A stretch of DNA of 16,000 nt from an uncultured Planctomycetota bacterium (lineage in GTDB: Bacteria > Planctomycetota > UBA1135 > GCA-002686595). The translations under genes and the position numbers were made by a program. The stretch spans positions 1,312,914-1,328,913 of the forward strand of contig CAVXOA010000002.1 in the NCBI GenBank assembly GCA_963763335.1. The letters run 5' to 3'. The first letter of the stretch is position 1. Each line of letters starts with the position of its first letter. Under the pieces are notes generated by a model, which made no database searches, was not told the DNA's origin, and saw only the letters and a program-made list of their open reading frames with translations. Positions 1 to 7,014 of the stretch are shown here, one piece after another.

Positions 1-1803
1 CTAGCGATCCGCTTGGCCGAGCGCGTGCAGCAGTCGCGCGACGCGCTCCTCGCGCTCGGAGGTCTCTTCCAGGACCAGTGAGCGGCGAGCATGCACCAAC
101 GCCTCCTCGAGCTTTCCCGCCCGCTCGAGCATCGCGCTCATGTACCCATGGATCCACGCCTCCTGCTTGGCGGAGAGCTTCGGTGCGAGCGCGAGGAGCT
201 CCTGGAACGCCGCGATCGCTTCCTCGTGGCGATTCTCCTGATAGAGCATCCCTCCCAGGTGGAGGAACACGAAGGGGCTCCCCGGATCGGTGACGCGCAG
301 CTCCTGGAGCAGCGCGATCGCCTCGCTCCGCCGGCCGGCACTGGCGAGTGCCGTGGCGCGGTTCATGCGCTTGACGGACTCCTTGTGCGCGTGGGGATCG
401 GGGAGCGCGGAAGGCGCGAGCGGGTCCGGAATCTCGACCCTTTCCTCGACACCGTCAGCGTAGCCGAGCGAGCGCACCTGCTCCCGCAAGGCTTCGTCGA
501 GCACGACCGGACCTCCGCGCGGGAGCGCCGGTTTCGCCGCGACGGCACGGATCGCCTCGCGCGCCACCTCCGCGGCGGCAGGCTGCTCCTCGAGGACGCT
601 GCGCGTCTCATCCGGATCGAGCGCGAGGTCGTACAGGTTCGGTCGGGAGCTGTGTACGTACTTGGTGTTGCCCTGAACCCATCCCGCGATCGGGCTCCAG
701 CCGTAGTCGAAGAAACCGATGAAGGACTCGAAGTACAAGCCGCGATCCGCGGGGGGCTCGTGGCGAAAGAGGCTGGTTCCGTCGAGGTCGTTCGGCACGG
801 CCAGGCCAAGTGCAGCGGCGAAAGTCGGGAAGACGTCGATGGAGCATACGGGAACGCGCGAGCGTTCCCCGGCGCGGTGGCCGTCGGGGTAGCGGACCAG
901 CATGGGAATCCGCATGGTCGTGTCATAGCAGTACAGCGAGTGCGACTCCTCACCGTTCTTCCCGAGCGATTCGCCGTGGTCGGCGAGCATCACGATCAAG
1001 GCTTCGTCCAGCGCGCCGACCTCACGCAACGTCCCGAGGAGCGCACCGATGCTCGCGTCCATTGCCCCCACCTCACCGAGATAGGGCGCCCCGGGCTCGC
1101 GCGCAGCGAACTCCGGCGGCGGATCGTAGGGATAGTGCGGATCGTAGAAGTGCACCCACAGGAAGAACGGCCGCGAGCGATCCCGGCCGCGCAGCCATTC
1201 CTGCGCGGCGCGCGAGGTCTCGCTCGCGCGGCGCTCGGCGATTTCCAGGTCGGCTCTCCGAAGAGGCGCGTTCCCGATCGCTCCAGGACAATCGTAGACT
1301 TCGAAGCCCTGATCCAGTCCGAACGGAGCCGACAAGACGGCCGTGGATAGGAAAGCCGCCGTGTTCAGGCCGGCCTCCTTGGCGCGTTCGGCGAGCGTCA
1401 CGGCTGCAGCAGGCAACGCGTCGAGGCTGTTGTCGCGCACGGTGTGCCGCATCGGATAGAGACCGGTGAGCATCGAGGTGTGAGCAGGCAAGGTCACCGG
1501 GGCGACCGTGCGCGCGTTCTCGTACACAACGCACTCGGCGGCCAGCCGTTGCAAGTTGGGCGTGATTCCGCGGTCGTTCCCGTAGCAGTCGATGGCCGAC
1601 ACGTTCGTCGTGTCCATCGTGATCAGGACCCCCGAGCGGATCGGGCTCCCCGTGGGGACGACACCTGCGGGGCGCGAGCACGCGTTCGCGAAGAGCACAG
1701 CCAGCCCGGCTCCCAGGAGTGCCTGCTTCGTTCCCGCCACGGGATCAAAGGATACTCCGCGCCCGGATGCGGCGTAAGATTCACACACACGGAGGAGCTC
1801 CAT
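1..1803 (-). CDS. Sulfatase-fold (alkaline-phosphatase superfamily) hydrolase/transferase with C-terminal TPR repeats, probably exported
   Basis: Long ORF ending at TAG (1-3). The translation has the sulfatase-family core: VLITMDTTN, APVTLPAHTSMLTGLYPMRHTVRDN at the nucleophile-motif position, FFLWVHFYDPHYPYDPP and IVMLADHGESLG. The last ~130 aa are TPR-like helices (AIALLQELRVTDPGSPFVFLHLGGMLYQENRHEEAIAAFQELLALAP...). A signal-like hydrophobic stretch ALLGAGLAVLFANA lies near the N-terminus. The start is uncertain: ATG at 1803 (used here) or GTG at 1740 directly before the signal-like segment. Confidence 0.85.
   Translation of the reverse strand: MELLRVCESYAASGRGVSFDPVAGTKQALLGAGLAVLFANACSRPAGVVPTGSPIRSGVLITMDTTNVSAIDCYGNDRGITPNLQRLAAECVVYENARTVAPVTLPAHTSMLTGLYPMRHTVRDNSLDALPAAAVTLAERAKEAGLNTAAFLSTAVLSAPFGLDQGFEVYDCPGAIGNAPLRRADLEIAERRASETSRAAQEWLRGRDRSRPFFLWVHFYDPHYPYDPPPEFAAREPGAPYLGEVGAMDASIGALLGTLREVGALDEALIVMLADHGESLGKNGEESHSLYCYDTTMRIPMLVRYPDGHRAGERSRVPVCSIDVFPTFAAALGLAVPNDLDGTSLFRHEPPADRGLYFESFIGFFDYGWSPIAGWVQGNTKYVHSSRPNLYDLALDPDETRSVLEEQPAAAEVAREAIRAVAAKPALPRGGPVVLDEALREQVRSLGYADGVEERVEIPDPLAPSALPDPHAHKESVKRMNRATALASAGRRSEAIALLQELRVTDPGSPFVFLHLGGMLYQENRHEEAIAAFQELLALAPKLSAKQEAWIHGYMSAMLERAGKLEEALVHARRSLVLEETSEREERVARLLHALGQADR
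1791..1797 (+). promoter_or_regulatory. Shine-Dalgarno-like GGAGGAG upstream of the ATG at 1802
   Basis: GGAGGAG is followed by 4 nt (ctcc) and then ATG 1802. This supports 1802 as the true start of the plus-strand PLP-enzyme gene. Confidence 0.5.
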
Positions 1804-3109
1804 GGATCGCCGCACTTTTCTCGCCTCGTGCACAGTACCGTTCGTTCCGGCGAGCCTGAGCGGTTGCCGCGCGCGGGCACTGGCCGTCGCGAGCGAGCTC
1901 GAGCAGCAGCCGGGCACTGCACAGGAGATCGCGCGGGACGAGGACTTCTGGTTCCAGGTCCAGGAAGCCTTCGAGGTCGACCGCTCGATGGTCAACTTCA
2001 ACAACGGCGGCGTCTCCCCCAGCCCCGCCAGCGTGCAACGCGCGCTGGCCCGGCACAACGCCTTCGCGAACGAGGCGCCCGCTTACAAGATGTGGCAGGT
2101 GCTCGAGCCGCAGAAGGAGAGCGTGCGCGAGCGGCTGGCGCGGCAATTCGGCGCCTCGCCCGAAGAGACCGCGATCGTGCGAAATGCATCCGAGGGCCTG
2201 CAGATCTGCCAGCAAGGCTTCGACCTGCGGCCGGGGGACGAGGTGCTCTGCACGACCCAGGACTACCCGCGGATGGTGACGACCTTCCACCAGCGCGAGC
2301 GCCGCGAAGGGATCGTCTTGCGCCAGTTCAAGATACCCACGCCGCTCAATGATCCGGCGGAGGTCGTGCGACTGTACGAATCCAACATCACCGAGAAGAC
2401 GCGCCTGATCCTCGTCTGCCACATGATCAACCTCACGGGCCAGATCCTGCCCGTTCGCGAAGTCGTGGCGCTCGGCCGCGCACGCGGAATCCCGGTGATC
2501 GTCGATGGCGCGCACTCCTTCGCGCATTTCGCGTTCGACCTCTCCGATCTCGATTGCGACTACTTCGCGACGAGCCTGCACAAGTGGCTCTTCGCGCCCT
2601 TCGGCACGGGGATGCTCTACGTGCGGCGCGAGAAGATCCACGACCTCTGGCCGCTGATGGCCGCCGAGGAGGAGCAGACGGACGACATCCGCAAGTTCGA
2701 GCAGTTCGGCACGCACCCCGTCCCGATCTTCCTCGCCATCGCCGACGCGATCACCTTTCACGAGGCGATCGGCATCGAGCGCAAGGAAGCGCGCCTGGTG
2801 CACCTGCGTGACCGCTGGATCGAGCCCCTGAAGCGCCACGATCGCCTGCGCCTCAACACGAACGTCGCGCCGCGCATGGCGGCGGGCATCGCCAATGTCG
2901 GCATCAAGGGTGTCGACACCGCGGCGCTCCAGGCCTGGCTCTGGAACGAGCACCGGATCTACACCATCGGGATCGTGCACGAGACGCCCTGGGGCGAGCC
3001 GGAGATCGACGGCCTGCGGGTCTCGCCGAGCGTGTACTCGACGCTACAGGAGGTCGATCGCTTCGTCGCGGCGATGGAGCAGGTGCTCGAGAAGGGCCTG
3101 CCGAGCTGA
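1802..3109 (+). CDS. Class-V aminotransferase-fold PLP-dependent enzyme (cysteine desulfurase / isopenicillin-N-epimerase-like) with a twin-arginine signal
   Basis: 435-aa ORF. The N-terminus MDRRTFLAS matches the Tat consensus (S/T-RRxFLK) and is followed by PASLSGC (lipobox-like LSGC). Class-V fold motifs are present, including VIVDGAHSF and the PLP-lysine context ATSLHKWLFAPFGTGMLYV. An SD-like GGAGGAG lies upstream. Confidence 0.9.
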   Translation: MDRRTFLASCTVPFVPASLSGCRARALAVASELEQQPGTAQEIARDEDFWFQVQEAFEVDRSMVNFNNGGVSPSPASVQRALARHNAFANEAPAYKMWQVLEPQKESVRERLARQFGASPEETAIVRNASEGLQICQQGFDLRPGDEVLCTTQDYPRMVTTFHQRERREGIVLRQFKIPTPLNDPAEVVRLYESNITEKTRLILVCHMINLTGQILPVREVVALGRARGIPVIVDGAHSFAHFAFDLSDLDCDYFATSLHKWLFAPFGTGMLYVRREKIHDLWPLMAAEEEQTDDIRKFEQFGTHPVPIFLAIADAITFHEAIGIERKEARLVHLRDRWIEPLKRHDRLRLNTNVAPRMAAGIANVGIKGVDTAALQAWLWNEHRIYTIGIVHETPWGEPEIDGLRVSPSVYSTLQEVDRFVAAMEQVLEKGLPS

Positions 3110-3115
3110 GGCCCG

Positions 3116-4234
3116 ATGCGGGTGGGCATCGACTACCTTCCGGCGGTCACCCATGCACCGGGAGTCGGGCGTTACGTGCGCGAGCTCGTGCGGGCGCTCG
3201 TGCGACTTCCGGGCGCTCCCGAGCTGGCACTTCTGGAGATCGGCGGCGGGACGCGCACGCTGCACGGTGCGGCGCTCGGTCTCGACGGCGCGCGAGTGCG
3301 ACGGCTGCGGCGACCGATCCCGCGGCGCTGGGCGGCTCTTCTCGCACGCGCGGGCTGGTCGCTCGAGCGCGCGCTCGGCGGCGTCGACGTGCTGCATCGC
3401 GTGCAAGCCGACTGGCCGCCGGTCGAGCGCGCGCGCCAGGTGCTCGCGATGGCGGAGATCCCTCCGGCCAATTCGCCCGGCGCCGAGCGGCTGGCGGCGC
3501 GCGCGCGCACGATGGACGCGCTGATCGTGTTCTCGCGACACGCAGCGAGCACGCTCGTCGCCCGGACAGGAGTCGACGCAGACCGGGTGCACCAGCTCGA
3601 GGTCGGGTGCGATCACTGGGTGCGCGACCTGGGTGTCGAGCGCGTCGCGCGCGTCGATCCGCCGCGCCTCCTCGTCCTCGGCGGATTGCGCGCCGAGCGC
3701 GAGCCGCTACTGGTCCTGGCGGCCTTCGAGCGCCTGCGCGCGCGAGGGATCCGCGCGGAGCTCGTCTTCGCCGGCCGGGCTGGCTCGGCTGCCGTCGAAT
3801 TCGAGAACGCGCTCGCCCGGTGCGACGCTCGCGCGGACGTGCGCTGGATTCGCGTTCCCGAGGAATCTCGAATGCCGCGCCTGGTGGCGGAGTCGAGCGT
3901 CCTGGTCCATCTCGCGCGCGAGGAGGACACGCCCGTCACGCCCCTCGAGGCTTGCGCGATGGGGCTGGCCGTGCTCGCCGACCCCTTGCCCGCTTTCCAG
4001 GAGGCGCTCGGGGGCCTCGCCTTGTGGACCGGACCGCAACGCTCCGCCGAGGACCTCGCCCACAGCATGGAAGCTGCGCTCGCCGACGCCCGTGACATGG
4101 CGAGGACGACGGCTCGCGCCGCGCTCGCATTCCCGTACAGCTGGGAGCGCAACGCCGTGCGAACGCTCTCGCTCTGGCAGGAGGTGGCGGGAATCCGCCC
4201 GCGCGCTCCCACGCCGCCCGCGCCGGCCGCATAA
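3116..4234 (+). CDS. Glycosyltransferase, GT-B fold, family 4 (group 1)
   Basis: 372-aa ORF starting 6 nt after the previous stop, an operon-like arrangement. The N-terminus MRVGIDYLP...APGVGRYVRELVRAL is typical of GT4 enzymes. The C-terminal domain has an EX7E motif in REEDTPVTPLEACAMGLAVLAD. Confidence 0.85.
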   Translation: MRVGIDYLPAVTHAPGVGRYVRELVRALVRLPGAPELALLEIGGGTRTLHGAALGLDGARVRRLRRPIPRRWAALLARAGWSLERALGGVDVLHRVQADWPPVERARQVLAMAEIPPANSPGAERLAARARTMDALIVFSRHAASTLVARTGVDADRVHQLEVGCDHWVRDLGVERVARVDPPRLLVLGGLRAEREPLLVLAAFERLRARGIRAELVFAGRAGSAAVEFENALARCDARADVRWIRVPEESRMPRLVAESSVLVHLAREEDTPVTPLEACAMGLAVLADPLPAFQEALGGLALWTGPQRSAEDLAHSMEAALADARDMARTTARAALAFPYSWERNAVRTLSLWQEVAGIRPRAPTPPAPAA

Positions 4235-4287
4235 TCGCCGCCCTCGCGCAGGCCGCGAAACCGAGCCCCATTCTCTCCACGACACTC

Positions 4288-4782
4288 ATGCCCACCCCCC
4301 TTCGATCCCCCACTCGATCGCGCCCGCTGTTCGGATCGGCCATCGCCGCCGCCCTCGTGCTCGCGACGATCGCGGCCAGTGCTCCCGCCCGCCTCCAGGA
4401 CCCCAAGCCGCAAGAGCAGGGGGAGGCCGACACGCCGCTGCTCAGCGCGATGGAGAGCATGCAGAGCTCCCTGCGGACCCTGCGGAAGCAGGTCGACAAG
4501 CCCGAGGAGAGCGCCAACGCGCTCATCACGTTGCGCGCCATGCAGACGTACATGACGACCGCTTACGGGCTGAATCCTCCGCCCCCCGAAGGCAAGAGCG
4601 AGAAGGAGGTCGCGCTCAGGAACATCGCCTTCCACCGCCGCATCCTCGATGTGCAAGGCACGCTCCTCGATCTCGAGCAGGCCGTCCTCGAGGGGCGCAC
4701 CGATGACGCCAAGGCCGGCTACGCCAAGCTCAACGAGCTGAAGAAGCTCGGCCACGACGAGTTCCAGATCGAAGACGAGTGA
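4288..4782 (+). CDS. Secreted cytochrome b562-like four-helix-bundle protein
   Basis: 164-aa ORF with a Sec-type signal (RSRPLFGSAIAAALVLATIAASAPA). By eye the mature part aligns with E. coli cytochrome b562. PLLSAMESMQSSLRTLRK matches DLEDNMETLNDNLKVIEK (axial Met). PPPPEGKSEKE...FHRRILDVQGTLLDLEQAVLEGRTDDAKAGYAKLNELKKLGHDEF matches PPKLEDKSP...[45 protein letters not shown] (axial His near the C-terminus). Confidence 0.7.
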   Translation: MPTPLRSPTRSRPLFGSAIAAALVLATIAASAPARLQDPKPQEQGEADTPLLSAMESMQSSLRTLRKQVDKPEESANALITLRAMQTYMTTAYGLNPPPPEGKSEKEVALRNIAFHRRILDVQGTLLDLEQAVLEGRTDDAKAGYAKLNELKKLGHDEFQIEDE

Positions 4783-5639
4783 TCCCCCTCCTCGGACTCT
4801 GGACCGCACGAGCGATCGGGATCGCGGCGCTGGGTTGCCCTCCGGGCGCGGCTCTGCAGCAGGACGCGCGCGAGAGCGAGCTCGCGCTCGAGGTCGTGCG
4901 CATCCTCGAGTCGAAGTGCACCGAGTGCCACGTACCCGAGTCCGAGAGCCCCAAGGCCCGAAAAGCCTTCGACACGGCGCGAGATCTCCCGCGAGTGATC
5001 GAGGACTTCGTCACGCCGGGCGACCTCGACATGTCCGACCTGTGGACGCAGATCGAGGACGGCAGCATGCCGCCCGAGAAGGCCGCGCAAGGCCCCCTGA
5101 GCGTTGGCGAGAAGGAGGTCGTGCGCTCCTGGATCCTCGCCGGCGCGCCCCTGCCGCCCGCCGCGCCCGTGGTCGCGGATGCACCCGCTGAGCCGGTCGA
5201 GGCGCCCGCGGCTCCGAACGCCTCGCGCTGGCTCGTCCTGGCCGGTCACCTGCATCCGAGCCTGGTCCACTTCCCGATCGGGCTGCTGCTCGCTGCCGGC
5301 TTGCTCGAGCTCTTCGTCCTCGCGCGCGGCGCCCGTCATCTGGAAGCCACGGCCCTCACCCTCGTGCGCATGGCGGCCTTCTTCGCTCCCCTTGCCGCGG
5401 GCGCCGGCTGGATCAACGCCCTGGAAGCCTCTCCGGGCCCGGACCTCGAGCTCCACCGCTGGGCGGGAATCGCCACTGGCGTCCTCGCCCTCGTGCTCTT
5501 GCCTTTCTCCGAGCACGCTTTCAGGAGCCAGCGCCGGCGGAACTATCGCGTCGTGCTGCTGCTCGCCTGCGCGGCCGTCGGCCTGGCCGGGCACCTGGGC
5601 GGGAGGCTGGTCTACGGGGTGGACTACCTGAGTCTCTGA
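4779..5639 (+). CDS. Membrane c-type cytochrome: PSCyt1 (planctomycete cytochrome c) domain fused to a DUF2231-type polytopic membrane domain
   Basis: The GTG start at 4779 overlaps the upstream TGA (GTGA, 4779-4782). The N-terminal domain has a CTECH heme-c motif in ALEVVRILESKCTECH, then GDLDMSDLWTQIEDGSMPPEK...LSVGEKEVVRSWILAGAP, the PSCyt1 pattern. The C-terminal half has the HPSLVHFPIGLLLAAGLLE motif of DUF2231 and about 4 TM helices. Confidence 0.8.
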   Translation: MIPLLGLWTARAIGIAALGCPPGAALQQDARESELALEVVRILESKCTECHVPESESPKARKAFDTARDLPRVIEDFVTPGDLDMSDLWTQIEDGSMPPEKAAQGPLSVGEKEVVRSWILAGAPLPPAAPVVADAPAEPVEAPAAPNASRWLVLAGHLHPSLVHFPIGLLLAAGLLELFVLARGARHLEATALTLVRMAAFFAPLAAGAGWINALEASPGPDLELHRWAGIATGVLALVLLPFSEHAFRSQRRRNYRVVLLLACAAVGLAGHLGGRLVYGVDYLSL

Positions 5640-5740
5640 GCGCGTCCTCGCCCACGTTCTCGCACATTTGGTTCCAGTCGCGCCCGGCGGTCCTCCGACA
5701 GGATCCAAGTCCCTCGCCAGCCTGCGGGGGCCGGCTCGGA

Positions 5741-6586
5741 ATGGAACGTCCGCTCAAGCAGATTCTCGGCGAGCTCCGCAGCCTCGAGCCCTTTCCCCGC
5801 ACCGCCCTGCGGATGCTGGAGCTCTCGCTCGCGGACGACCTCATCCCGAACGACCTCGTCGCGATCATCCAGGCCGACCCGGGCCTGACCGCCAAGGTCC
5901 TGAAGCTCTGCAACTCGGCCTACTACGGCTTCCAGCGCCAGATCGCCTCGCTGCAGGAAGCCGGCAATGCCCTGGGCAGCGAAACGCTGGTCAACCTGGT
6001 GCTCACCTCCTGCACGAATCGCTACTTCCGCGATAACGGCGGCTTGCAGGCCGACGAGCAGGACCGGCTGTGGCAGAACAGCATCACCAACGCCATTTCC
6101 TGCCGCCTCCTCGCCCGGGTCAACGGCGGAGTCGACCCCGAGCGGGCCTACACCGTTGGACTCCTGCAGAACATCGGCCACCTGGTGCTCGATCGCTTCC
6201 TCGAGGACGCCCGCGATAGCATCCAGCGCGAGGTCCTCGCGGGCCGCTCCGTGCTCGACGCGGAGCACTTCGTGCTCGGCCTGACCCACCCCGAGATCGG
6301 AGCCCGCCTGGCGACCCACTGGGGCTTGCCCGACGTGCTCGTCGACACGATCCGCTTCCACCACGCACCCCAGCACGCCAACGTCGATCAGGCCCTCGCC
6401 GCGACCGCCCACCTTGCCGAAACCCTGAGCTGGGCCGTCGGCGCCGGAGACGGCATCGAAGGCTTGCCCTACGAGGTGTACGCCGGCGCTTTCGACCTCG
6501 CGCACACCGACAAGAAGAGCTTCGCCGAGCTCCCGGAGCGCCTGCGCGCCGATCTCTCGCTCGCCCGCGAACTCCTGGAAGCCTGA
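5741..6586 (+). CDS. Stand-alone HDOD (HD-related output domain) signalling protein
   Basis: 281-aa ORF. The HDOD pattern is present: LEPFPRTALRMLELS, LVAIIQADPGLTAKVLKLCNSAYYGFQRQIASLQEAGNALG, LLQNIGHLVL, HPEIGARLATHWGLPDVLVDTIRFHH. Confidence 0.85.
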   Translation: MERPLKQILGELRSLEPFPRTALRMLELSLADDLIPNDLVAIIQADPGLTAKVLKLCNSAYYGFQRQIASLQEAGNALGSETLVNLVLTSCTNRYFRDNGGLQADEQDRLWQNSITNAISCRLLARVNGGVDPERAYTVGLLQNIGHLVLDRFLEDARDSIQREVLAGRSVLDAEHFVLGLTHPEIGARLATHWGLPDVLVDTIRFHHAPQHANVDQALAATAHLAETLSWAVGAGDGIEGLPYEVYAGAFDLAHTDKKSFAELPERLRADLSLARELLEA

Positions 6587-6600
6587 GCGCCCGCGGGCGC
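6587..6600. terminator. GC palindrome GCGCCCGCGGGCGC immediately after the HDOD stop
   Basis: Perfect 14-nt palindrome starting 1 nt after TGA (6584-6586), between convergent genes. It has no U-tract and only a tiny possible loop, so terminator function is doubtful. Confidence 0.2.
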
Positions 6601-6627
6601 GAGGATGAGCTGCCCCGATCTTCCGCG

Positions 6628-6903
6628 TCAGGGAGCCCACGGAGTGTCGGAACATGCGCGCACACAAGTGCTGATCAAGGCCTCATCAGCCAGGGACAGG
6701 TTCGCGCTTCCCATGGAGCGGCCTGCCACGAGGATCTCGCCTCCACTGGGTGGGAGATCGATCGTTGCCGCGATCGTCTCCTCGAGCGAGGCGAACACGA
6801 AGACGAGGATCGCGGCTACCGCGAGCAGCACGAAGCCTGGGAGGCCGTATGGCGCCCTACGAGTCACGCAACGCCTCTCCGTCGAAGTGGCTGATATGCG
6901 CAT
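6628..6903 (-). CDS. Small single-pass membrane protein (hypothetical)
   Basis: This ORF frame contains one clear TM helix (GLPGFVLLAVAAILVFVFASL). ATG at 6903 is preferred over the ORF-track start at 6978, a GTG that sits inside the 6974-6992 hairpin. The post-TM stretch IDLPPSGGEILVAGRSMGSANLSLADEAL faintly resembles an ExbD/TolR periplasmic segment but is too short to call. Confidence 0.3.
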   Translation of the reverse strand: MRISATSTERRCVTRRAPYGLPGFVLLAVAAILVFVFASLEETIAATIDLPPSGGEILVAGRSMGSANLSLADEALISTCVRACSDTPWAP

Positions 6904-6973
6904 TGTTGTCGAATCCCCCCGGGACGCCGAATCACCACCCTCAGCGCCTGCCCTGACCTGCTCGTTGGCGTGA

Positions 6974-6992
6974 CTCACCCGCGCGGGGTGAG
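6974..6992 (-). terminator. Stem-loop CTCACCC-N5-GGGTGAG downstream of the 7015-8142 gene
   Basis: Perfect 7-bp stem with a 5-nt loop, read directly from the sequence, 22 nt past the stop at 7015. There is no U-tract, so this could be an intrinsic terminator or an RNA-stabilising or processing hairpin. Confidence 0.4.
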
Positions 6993-7014
6993 CACGGCGC
7001 CGACGACACGGCCA

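Noticed and set aside
91-6667. Long antisense or overlapping ORFs in the GC-rich half: 91-1350 (+), 810-1469 (+), 1444-2352 (+), 1781-2980 (-), 3613-4809 (-), 3633-4706 (+), 4719-5708 (-), 5624-6667 (-)
   Set aside because: Their translations are Arg/Pro/Gly/Ala/Ser-rich with no motifs. They fully overlap frames that carry clear family signatures. These are typical shadow ORFs caused by stop-codon depletion in high-GC DNA.
6907-6928. tRNA 3'-end-like fragment TGTCGAATCCCCCCGGGACGCC (T-loop-like TCGAATCC, a 5-C stem half and an acceptor-like 7-mer) near the compositional boundary, a possible att remnant
   Set aside because: There is no complementary T-stem, acceptor 5' strand or CCA, so it is not a tRNA gene. 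As an att remnant its orientation would put the island on the GC-rich left side, which contradicts the composition. The resemblance could be chance in GC-rich DNA. It could only be tested by finding a matching full tRNA or direct repeat elsewhere on the contig.
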